51,687 nt of DNA, taken from an uncultured Hormoscilla sp. (lineage in GTDB: Bacteria > Cyanobacteriota > Cyanobacteriia > Cyanobacteriales > Desertifilaceae). Location: the NCBI GenBank assembly GCA_963921275.4, contig CAWUFA030000004.1:1-51687 (forward strand). The letters run 5' to 3'. This document shows, piece by piece, positions 25,149-34,162 of this stretch (the stretch's first letter is position 1; each line of letters starts with the position of its first letter). A program made the translations under genes and the position numbers. The notes beneath the pieces were generated by a model. That model was not told where the DNA came from. It made no database searches and was given only the letters and a program-made list of their open reading frames with translations.

Positions 25149-25735
25149 AGTAGTATATAACGACACTTTCGACCCGGATTTTGCGGCGCTCTGCGGCGCC
25201 CTACGTCATTTCCGAACGTGACTTCTGAGGTGATACATGACCTTGAAGTACATTGCAAACACGTGTAAACAAATGGTAACGTGTACCAACTTGTAAACAA
25301 ATGGCAACGTGTACTTGTAAACAAACGGTAACACAAAGACAACATGTACCAGCTTGTAAACAACTTAAACCAATATCAATACAACTTGTAAATAAAACTT
25401 GATTTGTGGGCACCCCTCTTGAGAATACCGCCACTTCGATATTAACTGCATTTTGAACATATGGTCTGTAAGATAGCTAGAAATCTATCACATAAACATG
25501 GGGGCGTGAAAGTCTCAGCCAATCATCAATGCTGAATCACGACTATCAACAAAAACTGATGCCAACGGAAGCTAGAAAGCTCCGAGGTGGTCACGTTTTC
25601 TAACGGCTTGAAAGTAGCTATAAACAATTTTTTGGAGTTGATCACGTTCTCTTGAAAAGATAAACAATTTTTAGCAATGAGCGAATAAATATTTTTAACT
25701 GCATTACACCAATGTTTTTATTTCACCAATGTTTT
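25149..25735 (+). repeat. Left terminal inverted repeat (~587 bp)
   Basis: Reverse complement of 40468-41053. The differences I saw are one substitution (25304 vs 40898) and one G-run indel (~25500). Confidence 0.95.
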
Positions 25736-25852
25736 ATTGCACAATTGTTTGATAGAATAAGACAAGTCCAGACAAGTATGATGATTCTTTTTTTTGTGCT
25801 AGCTGTTGTGTATATAAACCGTGTTTTTAGCGAGAAAATCAGAAGAAGAAAA

Positions 25853-26551
25853 ATGGAAAACTGTGGTGAGACACACACTTCAAATGCTGACGACTATGAA
25901 GAGCGAGTGGAGAATATCGATACTACAACTACGCACTCCCCATGTTATGAAGAGTTGGTAGAGCAAACAGCGTTGTTGAGGCGTGCAAGAAACCATCCAG
26001 AAGAAGCAAGAAAAATACGAAAAATCTTCCTCGACATTGACAAAGAAGGAAAATCAATACCCGCAGACGGTGAGATGTTGAGAAAAGGCGTGCTGACTGT
26101 CTCAAGAGGAAAAACTCTCTTTTCAACCGACCAGCTTATCCAAGTGTGTATACATATGTTCGATGGCCTGCCTTTTGTAGCTTTCAAAGGCCCAACAGAC
26201 GCCAGACCATATGTCATAGTCGTTTTCTCAGCTGACTGCCAATACGGTGATGTTTGTGAAGTGAAAACGCGGTTGGAGATTTTCAAAAAAGAGGCGGCTG
26301 TAGAAAACTTTCTTATCAGATTTAAAGTGGAAGCTATCTTTTCACCCGAGAAATATTTTCAACATCTACAAGATCGATCATCCGGATTCATCATTAGAAA
26401 CGAAAACTGCGGTATCAGTAAGGAGCTAGCCACTCTTGTGAAAACCTTGAAACACACAGCTGGGAAGAAAAAACGTTCAAGTAGTCTGCCTAGAAGTACT
26501 GAACTTTATCAAAAGAAGAGAAAACCATCTCCACTTAACATAAAACAATAA
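25853..26551 (+). CDS. Hypothetical Polinton protein (~232 aa from MENCGE; the ORF track starts at 25712)
   Basis: Long open frame with TATATAAA at 25811 ahead of the ATG at 25853. Basic NLS-like C-terminus (KKKR, KKRK). No domain recognised. Confidence 0.7.
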   Translation: MENCGETHTSNADDYEERVENIDTTTTHSPCYEELVEQTALLRRARNHPEEARKIRKIFLDIDKEGKSIPADGEMLRKGVLTVSRGKTLFSTDQLIQVCIHMFDGLPFVAFKGPTDARPYVIVVFSADCQYGDVCEVKTRLEIFKKEAAVENFLIRFKVEAIFSPEKYFQHLQDRSSGFIIRNENCGISKELATLVKTLKHTAGKKKRSSSLPRSTELYQKKRKPSPLNIKQ

Positions 26552-26608
26552 ATGTGTGATTTTAACGTATGTAACCGTCTTTAGATTTGAGTAAAATTTG
26601 TTTAAAAA

Positions 26609-27205
26609 ATGTTGTGCCCTTCTTTCGAATCTGAAGAATCGCGAATCTTAACCTTCACAAACAACTGGCCTCACCGAGTCGATAATTTAAGTCCTGAACG
26701 AATGGCAAAAGCTGGATTTTTATACAGAGGTAGCGATGATCGAGCAATATGCTTTCAATGTGGTCTTTCTCTTTATCAGTGGTCTGATAGCGACATCCCA
26801 GAAATTGAGCACGCGAAATACTGGTCCGCGTGTGCGTATCTAGAGAGAACGTTTGGATCTGAATTCATCACCCAACACAACAGCTTTCGCATCCCAGAAG
26901 AGGAGTTTTTATCGGGAACGAGATTTGGTTTTGCTACTCCTGAAGAAGTAGCAGATCCAACACTAACGAGAAACCCTCCAGTTGAAAATGAAGAACCGAA
27001 CATAACCCCCCTAACTGAAGCAAAAGAGTGTGACACATCTCAAGAACTTGTATGCAAAGTGTGTTTTGATGCGAGAATTAATGCTTTAACCATGCCGTGT
27101 TCTCACTGTTTCGGATGTCTAGCTTGTACTACAAAGCTTTATTCAAAGGAATGTCCCATATGTCGTGTGATTATTTTGGATGTGAATCGTATTTATATTG
27201 TATAA
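26609..27205 (+). CDS. iap: Inhibitor-of-apoptosis protein: one BIR domain plus C-terminal RING
   Basis: BIR: RILTF..WP...MAKAGF.Y.G..D...CFQC...W...D.PEIEH.K....C. RING: CKVC...PCSH..C..C...CPICR...IY. AATAAA at 27204. Confidence 0.93.
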   Translation: MLCPSFESEESRILTFTNNWPHRVDNLSPERMAKAGFLYRGSDDRAICFQCGLSLYQWSDSDIPEIEHAKYWSACAYLERTFGSEFITQHNSFRIPEEEFLSGTRFGFATPEEVADPTLTRNPPVENEEPNITPLTEAKECDTSQELVCKVCFDARINALTMPCSHCFGCLACTTKLYSKECPICRVIILDVNRIYIV

Positions 27206-27252
27206 TAAAGACACTCGATTGTATTCAATTCTGTTTATTACACGTAAAGCGG

Positions 27253-27702
27253 TTACAATTTCAATAAATTCTGAACAAAACACTCAACAGTTTTATCATT
27301 TACACTAACATTATCGGAGAAATGAGTCAATATCTCGGTTAAAGAGCAACCACGCGAGCGAAATAAGATATAGTACACGGTATAATGTCCACAGACTTCA
27401 GATATCAAGCTTTGTAGGGTCTTCGAGTTGTAGGTCCAGGATGAGGAGTGTGAATCTAAAAAATCCGTCAAACCATAAACAATTGGATGTAGACCATAGC
27501 TATCGAAAAATTCAGCAGATCTCTGATTGTTAAAAAACATAGCAACCCAGTGTTCTCCAGGGGAAGTGCTTGGGTCGGTGTTAACAACATAACTCCCAGG
27601 ATACTCCACAGTAGGTAGTTGATCTTTAGGATAAACACCTTTAAAAATCTTTTTTGCGCAGGCGTCATTTTTTAATATCCTCTCAATCTGCAGTGTATCC
27701 AT
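27253..27702 (-). CDS. Adenain-like cysteine (maturation) protease
   Basis: GEHWVA (His), FFDSYG (Asp), LQS...VCGHY (oxyanion Gln, catalytic Cys). Minus-strand polyA signal at 27234-27239. Confidence 0.93.
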   Translation of the reverse strand: MDTLQIERILKNDACAKKIFKGVYPKDQLPTVEYPGSYVVNTDPSTSPGEHWVAMFFNNQRSAEFFDSYGLHPIVYGLTDFLDSHSSSWTYNSKTLQSLISEVCGHYTVYYILFRSRGCSLTEILTHFSDNVSVNDKTVECFVQNLLKL

Positions 27703-29000
27703 CAGTAATCAGTTAAAACGTTTCTATCTCTATCGATTTGAAGTAGGTTGTCAAATTCTGCATGAATGATGACATTCATTGTTTCTGTAGGAGGAGTAGA
27801 GAAGTGCAACTCCAGGCGAATGTTTCCAGTTTTTATCAGTTGGAAATGAGCACAGGAAGCGGATAAATCCGGCGTAAGGTCTATTGCATACAAAGAATGA
27901 CCGAGAGGGAAGGAATCACGAGAGATTCCGTTTCCGGAGTCGTTGTAGTAAAGACCGGAGTCGGTGAAGAGCGACAAAAAACTTCGAATATAGCGGTTTT
28001 GACCGTAGTTTAATTGCAGAGGATTGGCTGGTATTTGCTCCCCATCTCTGTACAAAGAAACAAAATTGACTGAGCAGTGCTTGAAGTTGAAAGGATTCTT
28101 TCCAATAGCTCCGTTGAAGGCTTCATTTTCAACCAAACCGAAAACTATCCGCCGCGGTAACTGTCCTAGAAAAAGATTCTCTTTCGAGATGGAATAAGTA
28201 CCACGCGGGACTGTAAAACTTTTTACCTCTACTCTTCGAATTGGATATTTTGCAGAACTGCTTTGTAAAGTCCGAATGTGACTCAGTTGGACCGCGTCAC
28301 TAGGTACCGATTTCCGACAATAAAGGGAAGCATTCGTAAGTTCTACCATGTAATCTCCTGACCCCATCAAACAAAAAACATCTTTCGATCTGTTCAACCG
28401 CAGCTTCACCTCCACTCCGCTTAAGAGATAGCGGTTCTGGAAGCATAAATCTAAGTGGAGTTTACCAATCATATCCAGTTCTTTGCTGCCGGATGCTAAC
28501 TCTTTCCGTTTTTGGAATCCTTTATTCGCATTGGTTGAAGAGTCAAATTTGCTTGCTGTGTCTCCATACCAAAGAGAACAACTTAACTGAGATTTTTTAG
28601 CTTCCTCCCCAAAACTTAAAAGCGTTTCGATATAAGCTCGATAAGGGTATGTGTTGGATGCTTGGGTAACTAAAACCCCATTCAAATATAAATCACATTG
28701 AGACCACAAAGCGTGCAAGAAATTGCACACAGGAGCAACATTGCTATCATTCCCTAAAACTGATCCGTCTTGTTTTTTAATCTTCGCGCGAACATGTAGT
28801 AATGTATTCGAAAGATCGATGTAGGAGCTGTTTTCTCCTGGAATGAGGAATTCGATAGGACCATTATTTGATAAAATAGAGACAGGATTGTATTGAACGT
28901 ATTTTCCTTGCTCCAAAGAAGTTTGAGAGGGAGGGACAGAGAATAAATCCAACTCCTCTTTAATCGATTCACACGACTCTGTATGAATCAGACTCGCCAT
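27702..29000 (-). CDS. Polinton major capsid protein (double jelly-roll type)
   Basis: 432 aa with typical Polinton capsid motifs (LDLF..P..Q, GPIEF, YIDL..T.L, NTYPYRAYIETLL, NPFNF, FDNLLQID). Adjacent to the protease gene. Confidence 0.88.
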   Translation of the reverse strand: MASLIHTESCESIKEELDLFSVPPSQTSLEQGKYVQYNPVSILSNNGPIEFLIPGENSSYIDLSNTLLHVRAKIKKQDGSVLGNDSNVAPVCNFLHALWSQCDLYLNGVLVTQASNTYPYRAYIETLLSFGEEAKKSQLSCSLWYGDTASKFDSSTNANKGFQKRKELASGSKELDMIGKLHLDLCFQNRYLLSGVEVKLRLNRSKDVFCLMGSGDYMVELTNASLYCRKSVPSDAVQLSHIRTLQSSSAKYPIRRVEVKSFTVPRGTYSISKENLFLGQLPRRIVFGLVENEAFNGAIGKNPFNFKHCSVNFVSLYRDGEQIPANPLQLNYGQNRYIRSFLSLFTDSGLYYNDSGNGISRDSFPLGHSLYAIDLTPDLSASCAHFQLIKTGNIRLELHFSTPPTETMNVIIHAEFDNLLQIDRDRNVLTDY

Positions 29001-29001
29001 C

Positions 29002-29397
29002 TTAACTGAATATGTCTGTCTTGACTCTTTTCGCTTTTGAAGAGGATTTCTTTTTTCTTTTTGTGGTTTTTTTAATTCTTTTCCGTTCCCCCGGAAACGT
29101 GGCTACTTTTCGTAGTAAATTAGAACCGGTCTCTTTTGTTCTGTTCAGAGCAGCTTGTTTGAGGTTCTTACCTTCCAGAATATCAGAAACGAAGTTGGTT
29201 CCGCTTTTCAAAACCTCCTTTCCTATGGATTTAGCTCCTCGCTTTACAAGAGGTAAAACCGATCGACCTAAAGAGGCAAAGATGTTTCCTAACCCATACC
29301 CTAGCTGCCTTTGCGAGCCGGAGAAATATCCTTTTCCGGTCTGGGAGAGATAATAATCTTCATACAGTTGAGGATTACAACAATATCGTGGTCTCAT
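29002..29397 (-). CDS. Conserved basic Polinton protein, putative virion core protein (~131 aa from MRPRY)
   Basis: YEDYY..Q.G.G...QxGYGLG followed by an amphipathic helix and a Lys/Arg-rich tail ending DIFS. Ends 1 nt before the capsid ATG. Confidence 0.75.
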   Translation of the reverse strand: MRPRYCCNPQLYEDYYLSQTGKGYFSGSQRQLGYGLGNIFASLGRSVLPLVKRGAKSIGKEVLKSGTNFVSDILEGKNLKQAALNRTKETGSNLLRKVATFPGERKRIKKTTKRKKKSSSKAKRVKTDIFS

Positions 29398-29497
29398 GTT
29401 GTTAACGTTCTCCAACAAGGTTTGCGAAAGTAATGTGTGAGTAGAAGATGTTGTTTTCTTTTAACCGGATTATAGTTAATTTTTTCAAGTGTCCTCA

Positions 29498-29770
29498 TCA
29501 CGTATTCGTTGTAAGACTCTCTGATTGCTTTGAAATGTGGCTAGTGCTCGGAGTTTGATAAAGAGCATTCTTTCTTCTTTTGATTACTGGTGATGGTAGC
29601 AGATACCCTAAACAGCTAGATAACAACGAAATCCAGAGATTAATGTTCTCATTTCCAGTAGTGATGTTGTAGATGCTAAACCCAACCACAAAATAAATTG
29701 CAATAATCTGCGAGAAAAACACAATTTCGCTTTTAGGGATGTCTTTACCACAAAAAGACCAATCACCCAT
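29498..29770 (-). CDS. Small two-TM membrane protein (90 aa)
   Basis: Two hydrophobic segments (IVFFSQIIAIYFVVGFSIY and LWISLLSSCLGYLLPSP) followed by a basic patch. Its ATG overlaps the end of the integrase gene. Confidence 0.7.
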   Translation of the reverse strand: MGDWSFCGKDIPKSEIVFFSQIIAIYFVVGFSIYNITTGNENINLWISLLSSCLGYLLPSPVIKRRKNALYQTPSTSHISKQSESLTTNT

Positions 29771-30800
29771 AATTTATAAGATCTTTCTCTGTAATCCAAG
29801 AATTATATTTTTCTGGGTACCCCGACCAACTCACTAGAAACTCCACTCTCCCTCGTCTCTTACGCTTCTTTAAAATGCTGTCGATTTCGTAAATTTCGTT
29901 ATCTTTTATAGACAACTGCAACTCTTTTTCATAAAACGTTCCCATAATGGGTTCACCGCTAAGATCTTTTAATCTATAATACGGTGGGTTTCCGGGAAGA
30001 GCTTTCTGTACGATGAATAACTCCTTTGACCAGTTTTGTTCATAACCCTTTCTAAAAAGGTTTTTTATCAAACTCACGCGTACAAAATCGTTTTCAGATA
30101 ATTTTGGTTTCTTTTTCTCTGCATCTCCGTATTGGCGAATCCACAGTGTTTGCTGATCTTCCCGTCTAGCAGCTGAAGGAGTGGTTTTTATTGTTCTGTG
30201 ATAGCTGTTATTATAAGAAACCATCAGGTCGTCCAAGACATCGACGTATTTGAACGTATTATTGGCTTTAAAATATCGCCAAAGCTTCGTTTTCAAAGTC
30301 CTAATTAATCTTTCAGCAAGAGCTGCTTTGGTGTCAAAATTATATGTCTGAAAAAGTGAAATGTTTTGCTGTCTCAACCATTTTTCTAACGCTTTGTTGG
30401 TAAATTCGGTTCCGCGGTCGGTTTGCAAGTAAACAGGGTTGGGAGCACGGCGGTAAATATTTTCAAAAGCTTGAATAACAGCTGTCGATTTTTTACTTTT
30501 CACCGGCTCACAATAAGCGAATCTGCTAAAAACGTCTATAACAATGAGAAGAAATTGATTTCCGTCGTTGCTCTTTTTCAAAAGCGAAAAATCTGCTAGG
30601 TCAGCCTGATGTTGAAAGTCTGAATAGGGGGCGATTGTTTTCCTTCTTTGATATTTTTTTCTTGCTGGTTTAAAAAGCGTATACACATCCTGAGTTTCCA
30701 ACCACTTTTTTACCGGTTTTTTTAAAGCTTTTTGAAATTTAACCACTCCAGAAAAGGATTGAGGTTTTTTCAAAGAGTAGTAACTAGCAAACTCTCCCAT
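29763..30800 (-). CDS. Retroviral-like (rve, DDE) integrase with C-terminal chromodomain
   Basis: Catalytic D (QADLAD), D (QTDRGTEF) and E (AERLIRTLK). Chromodomain YEIDSIL...FLVSWSGYPEKYNSWI. First ATG at 30800; the ORF track starts at 30806. Confidence 0.95.
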   Translation of the reverse strand: MGEFASYYSLKKPQSFSGVVKFQKALKKPVKKWLETQDVYTLFKPARKKYQRRKTIAPYSDFQHQADLADFSLLKKSNDGNQFLLIVIDVFSRFAYCEPVKSKKSTAVIQAFENIYRRAPNPVYLQTDRGTEFTNKALEKWLRQQNISLFQTYNFDTKAALAERLIRTLKTKLWRYFKANNTFKYVDVLDDLMVSYNNSYHRTIKTTPSAARREDQQTLWIRQYGDAEKKKPKLSENDFVRVSLIKNLFRKGYEQNWSKELFIVQKALPGNPPYYRLKDLSGEPIMGTFYEKELQLSIKDNEIYEIDSILKKRKRRGRVEFLVSWSGYPEKYNSWITEKDLINYG

Positions 30801-30854
30801 AACCAATCTCAGAGCTGATGGATTGTTTTTGGTTTTATACCGTTTTACCTTCTT

Positions 30855-31685
30855 TTATAACTGACTCAACTTCTTCCTTCGAAAATGGAGGGTAACAATG
30901 ACCCGCCCCTTGCGAAACCGAATCGAGTTCCCTTGGTCGTCGCGAAGATTAATTTGAATTTCTGAGAAAGACTTTTTCATTACTGGTTGATATTGCAATT
31001 TGTCATATCTTTTACTAATAACGGAGCCCGGTTTTCCCTGACTTGCTATAACCCCCAGTAACGGAGCGAGGGTGTGACCCACAATACGATTCTCAATGAC
31101 ATCGCAATACACATAAATATTGTTTATTGGATTCATATCCACCACGCGCTCAGAACGAAAAATACCAACATTATGGAATGTACTCTCTGCAAACCCCAAC
31201 ATTTCGGTTAGAAAAGGGGCTAAATGAACCAAAACCGATGGCCTCGCCACTCCATCATTATCTACTCTAGTAGGAGCGGAAGAGTTATTCCTTATATTCA
31301 ATTGAACTAATTGTGAATTCTCATTGTACCGCAAATCTAATAAAAAATCGATTGGGTTTGTCAAAGTACCATTCTCTATGAGCTCCTCATTCTTCGCTTG
31401 GAAATCATGCTTCATTTGATTCAGCAATAAACGGATTAACTGTTTCGGTTCTTGGTAATACCCAGATGGTAATTTTGATTTAATCTGGATCTCACCTCTT
31501 TGATAGATGACCCAATAGCTTGTTGTATCAACATTATACCACGAATGATTAAACTGAATTTCTGCCAACCCCACCTCCCAAGACCCTGGAAGTTGCAACT
31601 CTTTGGGTAAATGAACAATGTAGTCTGAAATCTTATTTTCTGGGTAATAATCAGGTGAAGAATTGCTAGGTAAAGTTACATACAT
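30855..31685 (-). CDS. Polinton minor capsid (penton-like) protein
   Basis: N-terminal MYVTLPSNSS..YYPEN...Y.V.LP....L.G.WEVGL.EI and C-terminal IYVYCD.I....VG...PLL / I.I.LRD..G / VTLHFR are typical of this family. ATG at 31685; the ORF track starts at 31721. Confidence 0.85.
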   Translation of the reverse strand: MYVTLPSNSSPDYYPENKISDYIVHLPKELQLPGSWEVGLAEIQFNHSWYNVDTTSYWVIYQRGEIQIKSKLPSGYYQEPKQLIRLLLNQMKHDFQAKNEELIENGTLTNPIDFLLDLRYNENSQLVQLNIRNNSSAPTRVDNDGVARPSVLVHLAPFLTEMLGFAESTFHNVGIFRSERVVDMNPINNIYVYCDVIENRIVGHTLAPLLGVIASQGKPGSVISKRYDKLQYQPVMKKSFSEIQINLRDDQGNSIRFRKGRVIVTLHFRRKKLSQL

Positions 31686-31907
31686 CTTGAGATGGTGAGT
31701 GCTTTCAGTGTCACACAGCAAATGGTAACATTTTTCTATAGAGAGGCTTTATATTTCACAAATTTTTTCCTTAACATTTGTTTCAAGTGAAATAACACTA
31801 CATTTACCTCAAAAACATTTCTCTATCATCTATACTTCACATAGCAGGTGAGTGGTTACAACATGTTTGAAGTAAATTATTCAGAGAACACAGATGAGTT
31901 GCAATGA

Positions 31908-32097
31908 CAAACTGTTAACACTCCTAGACACACAAACTAAGAGGGTTTCTCTGTTACATTTGCAATGATGATTAAATCTTACAATCCCAAAACACAAAGA
32001 AAACAGATTATTTGTGATGCAATGATAAAAGACAATTCAAACTGTTACTACTCCTAGACACATAAACTAAGAGAGTTTCTCTGCAACATTTGCAATA
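31908..32097 (+). repeat. Diverged ~60-bp direct repeat (period 130) in the non-coding interior
   Basis: CAAACTGTTA..ACTCCTAGACACA.AAACTAAGAG.GTTTCTCTG..ACATTTGCAAT occurs at ~31908 and ~32038. Confidence 0.75.
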
Positions 32098-32781
32098 ATT
32101 CACAATTCTCCAACACCAAATGCAAACTCCTATTACACGACAACAAACATGTTTGAAATACAGTAAATGATTTATAGATCACAGATGATAAAACTTAACT
32201 ATTACAACCCATGGAAATACAAAAATTATGAAGAGTGTATTACAGTTCATCCTTTCTCTGTATCCTCATGGAAGAGTTTTTCAAAGCAGAGATCACTTCA
32301 TTCCTGATCAGGTACATACAACCGAATTTTCTTCTTGGTTGAGTAAATTCTTTTACTGCAATGATTCTTTTTGTGTACACAGTTGAAAGTAGCATATTGT
32401 CATGACTGTAGCAGTTCTTTGACATTGTTTAATGTTACTAGAATCTAAAACAAGCAGCTGTTAATATTACTTCAAAACGAGATTTAACTTGACATAACTC
32501 TGTAATCCCAACTGCTAACTGAATCAGCACAATTCCAACAGCTAAAACTGAGTCAGCACAATTCCAAAAAAGAGCTAGCGGCAACCACATCTTTTACTAG
32601 AACATTCCATAGCTTTTCTCTTTCAACACGTTTTGACAGCTACAATTAAAATCTATCGGTAGCGTGTTTTATTATATTTGTTCAGGGTTTAAATCTTCGA
32701 CATCATAGGTTGAATTTCTTTGAAATCTTAGGTGTTTGTCTCAACAACTGTGTTCTTAACATTCAGAAATATTGTGAAGAA

Positions 32782-33237
32782 TTACAAACTCTCCCAAACT
32801 AGGGAGCGAAACTGTTCCGAGCCGGGTGAAGGCTTGATCTCTTTTTTGATTTTATCTGTTATTAGTTTTTTAATATTGCTTTGAGGAATAGGAGTTTTAT
32901 CAAAAATTAATTCTCCTCTTGAATTCCACGAAGCAGAGCTGTTGTTCTCAATCGACTCCAAAAGCTTCTTGGCTTGGATTAGGTTTTTCTTGGTGAACCC
33001 TTTCAAAATATCTTTCGCTGGAATAGGTTTTTCTTCCTCCTCCAACACCAACCGCGGATTTATGGTTCTCTCTTTTAATGATAAATATTTTTGAAGAACT
33101 TGGTTGTATTGCTTGATCTTCTCACTCTCCTCCAGATCAGAGTTCAAAATTTGACTCATTTCTTCATCAAGTTTAGACATCTCTTTCTGCATTGGTTTCC
33201 TGTAAGAGTTAGGGTCTACTAAAATCATTTTCTTCAT
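32782..33237 (-). CDS. Conserved hypothetical Polinton protein (151 aa)
   Basis: MKKMILV...LDEEM..IL......EK...Y...LQKYL...WN..GEL pattern. ATGA overlap with the upstream gene. Confidence 0.75.
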   Translation of the reverse strand: MKKMILVDPNSYRKPMQKEMSKLDEEMSQILNSDLEESEKIKQYNQVLQKYLSLKERTINPRLVLEEEEKPIPAKDILKGFTKKNLIQAKKLLESIENNSSASWNSRGELIFDKTPIPQSNIKKLITDKIKKEIKPSPGSEQFRSLVWESL

Positions 33238-33566
33238 TTTTTCACAAGAGAGCCTACCAAACCACCAAGGACAGGAATCAAAGCGGATAACAGAGTAGTT
33301 AAGAATCCGCCTTTTTGGATTAACTTCCGCTTCCGATTGACACTGATAGGCTTTGTCAGCTTTCGAAGAGTTTCTTTATATGGTTTAAGTCTTTTTTTCT
33401 GTTGTTTTGTGATCTGAATATTACCTTTTAAAAGATTATGACAGCAATCCGCTAAACAATGAATAAAATCCGGCGGAGAGTTATTAATGACCGCTTTTAC
33501 AAACTTAGGTTTTGCTTTGTGGAGTAGTTTCAAAGTTGGGTAGTTCTTTTTTAGTCTCGTTGTCAT
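33234..33566 (-). CDS. Small basic protein with a QKGG-F hydrophobic tail (adenovirus pX/mu-like core protein candidate)
   Basis: Lys-rich body with C-terminus IQKGGFLTTLLSALIPVLGGLVGSL. ATGA overlap with the ATPase stop. Confidence 0.75.
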   Translation of the reverse strand: MTTRLKKNYPTLKLLHKAKPKFVKAVINNSPPDFIHCLADCCHNLLKGNIQITKQQKKRLKPYKETLRKLTKPISVNRKRKLIQKGGFLTTLLSALIPVLGGLVGSLVKK

Positions 33567-34162
33567 GTCAAGACATATACGAACTGTTGATCTTCTGGGA
33601 ATATACCAGTGCGAATTCGAAGCTGGTCAGGGGTTTCAGAGCGGAAATCGAATAGAAGGTATCCGTGTGGGGCTCTCGTAGAATCTAAGAAAATAGCTTC
33701 GATTTCTTTAACGTGTTGATGGAAAGCCTGACGAGCGAAAAATGATAGTTGTCCTGTGTCTCGTGGATTTTTAAACAGAACCACAATCTGAGAGTTCAGA
33801 GAGATTGTTCTGATCCCCCGGAAAAAAAGATTCTGCACGAGGTAAAAGACTGTGATTTTGAGATGATGACTGCCCCGCGTAAAATATTTCGTCACCTTCT
33901 CCAGATCCTGCTCCATGAGATCGTCTAAAACTAAAATGGTCGGTTGCCCGTCAAAATAGTCAAAATCGGGCACCCCCTGAACAAAATCTGCTTCGATCTC
34001 GTCATAAGCTCTTTGCCATATAGTGTAACACCACACAATTCGTTTTGGTGGTGGGCTCATCAAACGATCGCGGTTTTTAATAAACTTACTCACAAAAAAG
34101 GTCTTGCCGGAATTGCTAGGACCGGAAACGAGTACGGAAACAGAATTCTCTATATGAAACAT
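33563..34162 (-). CDS. DNA-packaging ATPase (FtsK-HerA/A32-like)
   Basis: Walker A GPSNSGKT, Walker B ILVLDD, then SHH, QN, RTISLN and FKNPRD motifs. ATG at 34162, TATA box at ~34200; the ORF track starts at 34186. Confidence 0.93.
   Translation of the reverse strand: MFHIENSVSVLVSGPSNSGKTFFVSKFIKNRDRLMSPPPKRIVWCYTIWQRAYDEIEADFVQGVPDFDYFDGQPTILVLDDLMEQDLEKVTKYFTRGSHHLKITVFYLVQNLFFRGIRTISLNSQIVVLFKNPRDTGQLSFFARQAFHQHVKEIEAIFLDSTRAPHGYLLFDFRSETPDQLRIRTGIFPEDQQFVYVLT

Noticed and set aside
49..25160. Repeated 62-170-aa ORFs in the array (also 41258-51620)
   Set aside because: They overlap U1, 5S, SL and U2 genes, mostly use non-ATG starts and have no protein features. Their identity simply reflects the DNA repeat.
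25085..25434. 77-92-aa ORFs in both TIRs (also 40768-41090)
   Set aside because: They are products of the TIR minisatellite, and some run across the element boundary.
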